NCBI RefSeq assembly: GCF_964204645.1
Contig: NC_134029.1
Span: 13,914,850 to 13,978,849 of the forward strand
Length of the DNA stretch: 64,000 bases
Origin: Tubulanus polymorphus
Taxonomy: Eukaryota > Animalia > Nemertea
Direction of reading: 5' to 3'
Part shown: positions 25,210 to 35,514 of the stretch, one piece after another
How positions within the stretch are numbered: position 1 is the first letter of the stretch
How the letters are laid out: every line of letters starts with the position of its first letter
Notes under the pieces: model-generated
Told to the model about the DNA's origin: nothing
What the model saw: only the letters and a program-made list of their open reading frames with translations
The model's database searches: none
Made by a program: the position numbers and the translations under genes

Positions 25210-25968
25210 TTACTCTTTGCATCTTATAACGAATTCATAAATTACAGGAAAGTTATTCAAATCAATTAAATATCCATAATGATTTCTTATTTCTAATTTA
25301 AAATTATTAAATTTAGGAATGCAAGGTTTAAAATCACATTCTGTTAAATTATAATTTATTTGAGTTCCAAATTGTTTAACATTTTTTAGCGGTAAAATAT
25401 TTAGTATACTAGAACTACAAATTGTATCTTTAGTTGCTTCGAAAGTTTTTGTAGGCTCGATTAAATTGCAATAAATATAAAAGTGTGTAAAAGGTATTAT
25501 ATTTGAATTACCATCTACGTTTCCTGTAACAGTATCTGGTACAATTCCTAACAGATTAGCTATAGGTTTTCTCACTATAAATGCATGTTGACTTTCATCA
25601 TATACCTTTATTTTAATTTTATTTGTGCTATCACTTTTTATAAATCTAATTAAAAATTTATCTTCACTTCTAATTTTCAACCGTGCTCTTCTATTAATTT
25701 CTTGAGCTAATGTTTCTAAATTATATAATCCTGGTTTTAAAATTAGATGAAACCATTTATTTACATTTCTAATATGAATCATAAAAGCATTATGATCAAT
25801 AGTTTTATCCGATATATTATAAAAAGAATTACATAAACTTATATTAACTAATTTTAAATCTACACAATTCTTAAATTCTCTATCTAATTGTACTAGTAAA
25901 TTATGAGATTTATAATTTGTAAGTTTTCTTGAATCAACAAATATTCTGTATTCTTTTAATTCTACAAT
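25210..25968 (-). CDS. Minor capsid (penton, single jelly-roll) protein; start codon mutated ATG>ATT in this copy
   Basis: The frame is open from (M)VELKEYRIFVDSRK. Motifs NSFYNI, GLYN, FYIYCNLIE, ILNILP, FKLEIRNHYGYLIDLNNFPV resemble Polinton/PLV pentons. The duplicate 5' end at 27091 retains ATG. Confidence 0.7.
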   Translation of the reverse strand: MVELKEYRIFVDSRKLTNYKSHNLLVQLDREFKNCVDLKLVNISLCNSFYNISDKTIDHNAFMIHIRNVNKWFHLILKPGLYNLETLAQEINRRARLKIRSEDKFLIRFIKSDSTNKIKIKVYDESQHAFIVRKPIANLLGIVPDTVTGNVDGNSNIIPFTHFYIYCNLIEPTKTFEATKDTICSSSILNILPLKNVKQFGTQINYNLTECDFKPCIPKFNNFKLEIRNHYGYLIDLNNFPVIYEFVIRCKE

Positions 25969-28160
25969 TTATTTTACATATTTTATTCGAAATCTATTTC
26001 ATGGTGCCCTTTTTCATTCTTACCTTTGTATACGAAATAGAAATCTCCAGAACATAATTCTTCTAAATCTTCACTTGATAATCTATGAAATCTATCCGGT
26101 AAATATGTTCTGAATTTATGTGTATTTCCTTTTAATCCTTCATATTCTAAGTGTATAACTAATTTATCTCCATAGTTATTAGTAACTGTATCAATATTTG
26201 TAATTAGATATTTCTTATGGATTGTTAATTCTGATAACTTTTTGAATTTATAATCTACAGATTTTACATTTGTAGTATCTTTTATTCTATCTAGAAATAA
26301 TTTGTTGTTCTCACTGTTTGCTTGTTTACTCTCCATTTATAATACATATTTTTATTAAAATTTGATTAACACGTTAGAATTCTTTTCATTATCTCGTTCT
26401 CTTTTGTTTCCTCTCTTTTAAATTTTAAGTATTCATCTAAATTACAACCATAAGCAACTGTATGAATTCCATCATCTAAAATATATCTTTTATCATCAAA
26501 TGGGTTTAGACTTATCTTTTCAATTTCTTCAATAAACATTTCATGATCTTCAGATCTTAAACATCTCATCTTATGTTTTCTAACTTCTTCATTGAATATA
26601 CAATTGATGTAATCTTTGAAATGAATATTCTACTACACTTTTGGTTATTCCTTTTAACTTTTTAGCTTCATGTTCTTTAGTTTTATATGAATACATTTTA
26701 GATCTAATACCTATGAACTCTATCATTTCTTCACCACCTTATTCATCTTTGAATTTACCGGGAACTTTTTTATTATCATTGCTAAACAATTCATGATCTT
26801 TAGGATAGTTTCTAAAATCAAAATGATGTTTTAATGTTTTTAAATCATCAGTTATGTTATCAGTTTTTATCTTTAATATGTAACTGTCAGTATCAAAATA
26901 TAGTATTTCTATATGTTTTTCTCCCAAAAAGTGGTTGTAATACATTATAATAGAATTCATACATTAGTAATTTTGATAATTCTAAAACTGAAGCGCCAAC
27001 ATAGATTGGTTTATTAAATTTCATTGATGTTCTTATAATTTGTAAGTTTTCTTGAATCAACAAATATTCTGTATTCTTTTAATTCTACCATTTATTTTAC
27101 ATATTTTATTCGAAATCTATTTCATGGTGCCCTTTTTCATTCTTACCTTTGTATACGAAATAGAAATCTCCAGAACATAATTCTTCTAAATCTTCACTTG
27201 ATAATCTATGAAATCTATCCGGTAAATATGTTCTGAATTTATGTGTATTTCCTTTTAATCCTTCATATTCTAAGTGTATAACTAATTTATCTCCATAGTT
27301 ATTAGTAACTGTATCAATATTTGTAATTAGATATTTCTTATGGATTGTTAATTCTGATAACTTTTTGAATAATAATCTACAGATTTTACATTTGTAGTAT
27401 CTTTTATTCTATCTAGAAATAATTTGTTGTTCTCACTGTTTGCTTGTTTACTCTCCATTTATAATACATATTTTTATTAAAATTTGATTAACACGTTAGA
27501 ATTCTTTTCATTATCTCGTTCTCTTTTGTTTCTTCTCTTTTAAATTTTAAGTATTCATCTAAATTACAACCATAAGCAACTGTATGAATTCCATCATCTA
27601 AAATATATCTTTTATCATCAAATGGGTTTAGACTTATCTTTTCAATTTCTTCAATAAACATTTCATGATCTTCAGATCTTAAACATCTCATCTTATGTTT
27701 TCTAACTTCTTCATTGAATATACAATTGATGTAATCTTTGAAATGAATATTCTTTTCTACTACACTTTTGGTTATTCCTTTTAACTTTTTAGCTTCATGT
27801 TCTTTAGTTTTATATGAATACATTTTAGATCTAATACCTATGAACTCTATCATTTCTTCACCACCTTATTCACCTTTGAATTTACCGGGAACTTTTTTAT
27901 TATCATTGCTAAACAATTCATGATCTTTAGGATAGTTTCTAAAATCAAAATGATGTTTTAATGTTTTTAAATCATCAGTTATGTTATCAGTTTTTATCTT
28001 TAATATGTAACTGTCAGTATCAAAATATAGTATTTCTATATGTTTTTCTCCAAAAAGTGGTTGTAATACATTATAATAGAATTCATACATTAGTAATTTT
28101 GATAATTCTAAAACTGAAGCGCCAACATAGATTGGTTTATTAAATTTCATTGATGTTCTT
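25910..28160. repeat. ~1.12-kb tandem duplication (25910-27034 / 27033-28160) covering pPolB C-terminus, SSB-like gene and penton start
   Basis: Near-identical copies joined at a TT microhomology (27033-27034). They differ by several indels and substitutions. Confidence 0.9.
25983..26336 (-). CDS. Putative OB-fold ssDNA-binding protein
   Basis: FKKLSEL...Y.I...T.NYGDKLVIHL...YLPDRF pattern, acidic/aromatic C-terminus (EIDFE), directly downstream of pPolB. The second copy (27106-27458) is frameshifted. Confidence 0.55.
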   Translation of the reverse strand: MESKQANSENNKLFLDRIKDTTNVKSVDYKFKKLSELTIHKKYLITNIDTVTNNYGDKLVIHLEYEGLKGNTHKFRTYLPDRFHRLSSEDLEELCSGDFYFVYKGKNEKGHHEIDFE

Positions 28161-30793
28161 CTCATCTTAACTGCGGCTAAATTTTCATCAAATATTCTGT
28201 TACCAATGAACTTAGGATATGTTTGTAAATGTCTAATTCTTTTACCATTACTAACTAACTCAATATCATTTCTATTTCTAATATTTTCACAAGTCTTACC
28301 ATAGAATGCATTATTCATTAACTTGACGAAATCTTTCTCGAAATCAGTTTTAGCTTCAGTTCTCTGTTTGGTGTTAAAATCTATATATTTTTCTAACCAC
28401 TTAGATTGACTAAATGAAATATATCTATGTACTTTTTTTAGAATCATTCCTTGATTCAAATAAAACTTTAACATTCTATAATGTACTACATAATTATATT
28501 TATCTTCTTGAGTTACCATTAACTTTTCTGTATGAATATGATTTTCGGGTTTAATTCTTTTTTGGTAATTTGATAATTCTTCATGAGTTACAGTTTTATG
28601 TTCTGGACAGTATGCTAGATTTCTAGATTTAAATTTTATATGTTCTGGATATTCTAAATCTACAACAAAGAAGTAACCAGTAACTGAATCATCTGCAATA
28701 TCTAGAATTCTTCCAATCAAATTTATCATTATTCATGTTGTAAAACTTCAGTTATTTCAAATACTCCATAAGGTTGTGGTTCCATCATTGCCCAACCATA
28801 TAAATTATTTGCATCTATATATAATAACTTATATCCAGGGTTATCATTTACATTGAAATATCTATTGCCTAATACACCTGAAACTCCTCCTCTTATAGAT
28901 TTTTCAAATAATAGTAATTGATCTATATTTGTTAACAAATCCATTTTTATATCTGTAAATTCTAATCCACAATACCATGTTAAACCTGGGCTAGAATAAC
29001 AATGACAAGGATCAATATTAGAATATTTTAGGTTTACATCTCTAAACCTTTCGAATATATCAGTTAATAATAATACATCTGATTTTAGATATAAATCTAC
29101 TAATTGCCCATGATTTTTCATTCTAAAATGATTCCAAATATTCAATGTTCTATTATATACTTCATCTTTAACATATTCATTTTTTAATTCATCATAGAAT
29201 TGTTCTTTCAATAATTCAGTTATGTTAAAATCATTATGATTTTTATAGAAAGAATATGGAATTGCTCCTTTATATCTCATTAATTGAAAATCATCATTAT
29301 TTGGGTAGTGTTGTTTTAATATTTTTAATTCATCATCAACTAATGATTTTGATAAGTTATCTAATGAACTATTTAAAAATCTATATGAATCTATAAATCT
29401 TAGGCAACCAAATTGGAATGATATATAATTCTCAGATGTTTTAGCTAACATTCTAAATTTATAAGTTGGTATTTTATCTTTTGATCTATTTGAATTTAAT
29501 CTTTCTATTTCATTATTAATTTCTTCTATTTTATGACATAACTGCTTGATAAATAAATGTGCATCATATCCTGATAGATTATGAAATATAACTGGTACAA
29601 AGTTAATTTTCTTAGCTTGTAAGTTACAATTCTCATGTGCAGCGCCTCTAAACTTTCCATTCAAATGATCATGGTCTCTTACTTTTTTATCTTTATAATT
29701 AAATATCTTTTCACAATAATAACATTTATCTGCAAACGCAAATACTTCTTTATCTTCTTCTGTCATTATAATTTCTATATTTGTATTCAATAATTTACTA
29801 AATCTTATTTCATATTCAATTAATAAGTCACAAAAATGATTTATAACATTTTCATTTCTATAATGATAATATTCACTTTCAATTAGTTCTGGATAATCAG
29901 ATTTAATATATAACCCGAAAGCTGCAGCTGATTGATGAATCTTTTTAATAGTATTTGTTTTTGGTGGTTCATCTGAAAAATCATTTTCATTAGAATTTAA
30001 TTTCTTTCTTTTATAATATATTTCTTTTCTATCTTGATCAGTTAATTCTTTATTTAATGATTCAAAATCTCGATATATAACAAATGGAACTTTATTTTTG
30101 TAATCATATTTTTTGAATTCTAATATTTTATCCTTTTCATTTGGTAAAACTAATTTACAATAATCATGATTTTCACATAATTGTTTATGATTTAATAATG
30201 TACTTTCATTACTGAATCTATGTAAAAATTTTCTACATAGATATATTTTATTATGGTGATCACTTTCAGTTCTAAAGAATAAATCTATTTGTTTAATCCA
30301 CATATAATGATTCTCATAATATAATATATCTATAACATCGTTTGAATCATAATCTTTTGATAGATATAAAGGTTCTAATGTATAATGTTTTATATTGTTA
30401 CCTTTTGTATTTGGTAATTTGATTAAATCAAATACATTTATCTTTATATTATTATCTCTTTCTATTTTTGGGATGTTTTTAATTATAACAGGATACTTAT
30501 CTATCTTATAATTATTTTCAAATTGTTTATAATGAATTAATCTAAAACTATGTTGTTTATAATCTTCAACTGGGTGTAAACAACTTATTATAGCCCATAG
30601 AAAACATTTATCATCTTCATTTTGTACAGTTATAACAGCATTAGTTATAAATGGTAGTTTAATATAACTCGATGCTTCAATATCTGGTTCTTTATAATAT
30701 GATACGTTATTTTCATCAATTGGTTTTGATTTAATTAACTTATTATATTTTGTGTTATAAACATGTAAAGTCATAAATATTATTTCATCAAAT
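27488..30793 (-). pseudogene. Protein-primed family B DNA polymerase, 3' part
   Basis: DKCFLW..HY (OTU-like Cys/His), C2H2 finger, ExoI DFES, EndoVII-like CYYC..RDHDH..GKFRGAAHENCN, ExoII HNLSGYD, ExoIII YLKSDV, Pol motifs DANNLYG, KLMNNAFYGK, YFDTDS. Frameshift at ~28730 and in-frame TAA at 27866. Confidence 0.92.
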
Positions 30794-31252
30794 TGTCGTG
30801 CGACCTGGAGGGGGAAGCCCGAAATTGCTGTGGGAGAGCGCCGCTGTTCTTGTTCGTGACGTATGCACTTCCCCTCCTGTCCTGCACGGCGATATAGAAA
30901 CCAGAGACCAAACATAACCAACAACTAAACTCAGGTTGATAAAATGATGCAAGGGTTCTATTGCATGAAACTTAACCAAATGACAACTGACAATATCATA
31001 TCACCCTTACCCTACTTGGTGCGCTGCCTCTGCTCTGGTCGAAGCCGCCAATGTTGCTCTCCCTCTCCGTTTTTCCCCGTGAGTACCGTGCCTTTATTCT
31101 AGAAATTTATCTTATCTAATTCCGGGTTTGAACATAAAGCTTTTAATTATTCTATAATTACTAAACAGCAGGAATTGTCCCACGAGCTTGAGATAGCGTA
31201 ATAGCAGAAAGTGATACGTAGTTAAATTGATTAAAATGCCTATGTCACAACA
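30794..31252 (-). repeat. 3' LTR of element B
   Basis: TGTCGTG...CACAACA; about 4 substitutions versus 57132-57590 by eye. Confidence 0.95.
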
Positions 31253-31287
31253 TTACCCCCCACTCAATTCAAAGTGTCCCACTTTGA
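31253..31287 (-). promoter_or_regulatory. Polypurine tract of B with upstream hairpin
   Basis: Minus strand TCAAAGTG-GGA-CACTTTGA-ATT-GAGTGGGGGG-TAA-LTR. Confidence 0.85.
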
Positions 31288-33036
31288 CAAAAAGAAAAAT
31301 AATAAATATATATATATATATATATATATACATATGTATATATCAAACCCAGAGCACAGGCAACGCAACCATACAACTTTCCTAGCGACAAATCGCATTT
31401 ATAAACTAAAAATTAAATTTGACATAACTGAACTTACACAATAATAATTCAACACAAAAAAATTGAAACATTTCGTATAAATATTACAACAATATTCTAA
31501 TTGGAAGATGATTATGATCCGTTTGAATAAGTTTATTCTATACTTTTGCTATCTTCTCGTTAATGTATAATAATTAAACCATCTATGCCTATCAATTGCA
31601 CTTATACCACAATATATTATTAGGTTATTATGTTGACGAATTTCCATGTATTATTTAAATTTATAGCAAATTGACATATATAATTCAATTTTAGTTAATT
31701 ATGATAAACAATATATGTTCCTTATAAACAACGCAACTGAATATGTAGTATTTTTCCACTTTCAAATACATATACATCACTAGTGTATCATTATACAACT
31801 TCCCGTAATGATTCCACAACTCAATCATTAAGGTTATGATTCAGTTTTAATGCAAGCAGATTAAAGACTTAAGAAATTAATCTCAATATTTGTTTATTGT
31901 ATAGTTTACTTATTCTAACCTGCTTTCATAGTCGATAGAACATTTACTATAATTGCCTTTTCTTGATATAGCTATAATCATGTGTTAAGATATACATGTT
32001 ACAAATCGTTTAAACACAAATATTATTCTCAATCATCGAATTACGTTCAACATCCAATTCGTCATCGTTTATTGTTGAAGTTGTCCCAGCCATCAATTCC
32101 TTGACTTCATTTCTACCGATAGTTTCTTTAGAACTTATCCACTATATGTTTATCGTCTTGATCCGGTCCAAACAAAGCGAAGTATCTTGGGGAAATAACA
32201 TTTAAAACATGTATACAACAAGTTATATGTCACTACTATTTTTGTCTTACGTGTAATATCAAATAATTATATGCTTATTTTATCTAAGCAATCAATTTGC
32301 TATAATCTACGGAATCACAATCATATTTCCATAATTTTACCTAACAATCCTTATTTTCATTACAGTATTATTTTCCTTTCTTTCCTTAAGGGATTAACAA
32401 AATTATTTTTCCTTTTTTTTTTTCCTTAAGTGATTAACAAAATTATTTTTTCCTTATCTATTCCTGAAGGGATAAACAAAAAATTATACATATTTTTATT
32501 TTTTTTTTTTATTTTATTTTTTTTCATTCTCTTTCCTTAAGGGATTAACAACGTTTGTAATTAACTACAAAACGATAAATCATCTATTTTATATATTCCC
32601 TTGTTTTATATCAATTTCATACAATAGTGTATGATGACATATATAATATATGTATTTGTATTAAGCTAAAAAACAAAATGACAATTCATAATCCTGCCAC
32701 TTATCGATGTGTGCAAATCACTTTTTATCGGTTTTATTGCATAATTCAACGAATGGAGATTAAACGTGCACCTAATAAATTTCATTCTTGCCAAACCGTT
32801 TGAATCATCATTAATTTATTTATATTTGCATTATAACCGAGAAATTGTTTATTTACCTTATCCTCAATTAGGCTAGTCATCACCAATAATTGCAATTAAC
32901 ACCATAACCACATTATTTCGACACCCGATACCTTATTTTGCAACTCACTTAGTACCATTTCCTCTAGTATACAACCGTAAATTGTTTTTTTTTCCAAAAA
33001 TTTAACCATTTAATATCCTTCACCTTTAACGATTAT

Positions 33037-35486
33037 TTACGTCAAACTTGGATACAAAGATTTTCGGGGTAAAATTTGTAACCTAGGAGCCAGTTGATTT
33101 ATTAACGGGATTTCATATTCCTTCGAAGTTTGTAATTGATTTGACGTAACTATTTCGTTAATGCCATCATTATCGATTTCATTAGTAAATGAAGCGACAA
33201 CAGCATGACTTGGTTTTGCCAAACTTTTTTATATTTTCTAAATGCCAAAACCAAGGAAATTTTATTTTTGCCATTCAGAATCTGTTTTAATTTAGACAAA
33301 TTTGTTGACAATGGTATCGTAACATCCAAAGGAAAAATGTAATTAGTACCATTAGTACAATTGAATGATTTAGTTTGCCACTGCAAATTTAACTTAGAAC
33401 TCCCGTAGAAATTTGACAATTGCACTTCTGTCGGCGGAGCAACATTAACTTCACATCGATTCGAACAAGCCAAAAGTTTCATTAATTCCAAATCAACCTT
33501 TCCAGCCCCGTTTTCTAAGCGTAGTTTCAAACGGGCTGGGGCTTCGTCGAGTACAGAGCAGCAGCAACAAGCAGGTAGACAGTGACGAAGTCGACGCAAG
33601 CACGCCATCAAAATTGGTCTAAATAGAATAAGTAAAACCCCAACAACGATGACTAAAAATAAAAACACATCTACCCGAAAACTAATCGGGTGTTCACTCT
33701 TAATATTAACAATTTCAGTAAAATTAATATGATTTGCTAACTCATTAATATCAAACGACTCGTACAAATTATATGCCCTAACTGACGGAACATATGCACC
33801 CATAACTAAACCTAAACCCCCTGATTTGTAGCAAACAAATATAGAGATAATCATAGACAAAGTAGAAATAGCTATCGCACAGCTTGCTAAAATTTTAATA
33901 ACAAGTCCTATTGGAGTGTAATCTTCAATTGAAGGCAACGACTTTAAAGCGTCTGCTTTTGATTTAAAGATTAATTTATCCTTTACAAGACTCCCTGCTA
34001 ATTTTTTAAAATCTACCGAAAATTTTTGATCGACCATAGCAACATCTTTCCATTTAGCCTCAGCCAATCCAAAGCTTGGTAAAGGAACATTCGGTGTTTT
34101 ATTATAATGACTCCCCCCTGTAACCGATCTAAGGTCCTTTTTCGAAAATAAAGAATGCAACACCGGTAAGTTTACTGGATGCGACATTGTAATCTCTCCC
34201 GATACATGACATGAACCAATTCTTGCTGGTATCAAAAACGTCGTGCTTTTTAGAATACACCCACAAGAGAGACGAATTATACAAAATAAACATCCTGGCA
34301 CCGCTCGCGGTTGATTTGGTGGACAAATCATCGTCCATTGTGTATCACTTCCACTTGCAAGGAATCTATCATTTCCAAGATCTACCGCACCCTCAAACAG
34401 TCCCCCAGTTTCAAATCTAAACTGGCAGTATTTATGTACTAAAATTGGTTTGTCAAAAAATAATGCATTTTCACAACTAGTTTGTGCGTTAGGAAGCGGA
34501 AAAACTACCAATCGGTAGAGATCAAAATAGTTATCTGACGATGCTAACGGAAACTTTACAGTTATATATATGAATCGTTCTGACCTCGCAAACCTTATAT
34601 CTCTGAACTGATAATAAAAACCAACGTCGTGATGTGCCAACTTAAAATTCGAATACTTTCGTTCTTGCGAAATTTGAGTTATAGTCTTAGCTATCATAGT
34701 AGGCGGTATTAAGGCACGAGGTAAATAACCTTGTGTAAGGCGTTCTGCCCCTTGCACCCAATCAGTTATCCTTATTTGTATTTCCTGTAAAGTTTCTATA
34801 TATGAAGCAACATGCTGCATCAGATAAATGACCGCAATTATCATGTCATTTGTGGTTGCACTTTTTGTTTTAAGAAAACGAACTTGCGACTCCAATTGTT
34901 GAATGAGTTCATGGTTACTTTGTAACGCTGTAAATGCGTTGTTAATCCTATAATCAGTTGCATTAATATAAGATGATAATTTACCAGCTAATTTTGTCAT
35001 AAAAACAGATGACAATTGTTCTTGTTTTTCTATAGCTTTAATATGTTCCCCAATAACCGCAACTTCTGATTCTGTCGCTAAACCGAACAATGAAGAAAAA
35101 ATACTACCTAAAAATCCTAGCGCTGACCTCTTATGCCTAATTTTATCCGACTGTAAGTTAATAGTTAGTGGAATCATCCGTCTTACTTCACCTAACCTAT
35201 CTGAAATATGTTGAAGTGATGACTTTCTCATACGTTGTAATTTACTTATCATTGCCTTAATAGGTTTGCAAATAACAAAATCTTTGTCAGCACACGATGC
35301 CGTGATAGGCGGAACTTGAGGTAAATTAATGAAGGGTATAGCAAATGTATGTGTCCAAAATGATTTTCCATCTTGAATACCTCCAATACGATGAAATGCG
35401 ACCCCATAACTCGGGCGTAATACTGTTTGTTGCTTCCCCAAAACCTCTGTCATAAATATCAAATATGCCACACATATCGTCAACAT
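33037..35486 (-). CDS. env: Env polyprotein of B (class I fusion protein plus second membrane protein); internal deletion and C-terminal frameshift
   Basis: Signal peptide MLTICVAYLIFMTEVLG, furin site RHKR, fusion peptide SALGFLGSIFSSLFGLA, heptads, Cys-rich region, two TMs. The C-terminus continues in ORF 33037-33222. Confidence 0.85.
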
Positions 35487-35514
35487 TTTCTGAAAAGAGA
35501 CAACCGATTTAACA

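Noticed and set aside
30794-30979. N-terminus of the 731-aa ORF and ORFs 30788-30979, 57038-57317, 41527-41742, 55899-56114
   Set aside because: They lie within LTRs and are chance frames. The real pPolB N-terminus is at 57591-58324.
32020-32200. Possible accessory exon in the 3' region of B matching the one in C
   Set aside because: Only faint similarity (WISSKETIGRNE vs WEVSRSSIAGRIE), broken by stops; not supportable by eye.
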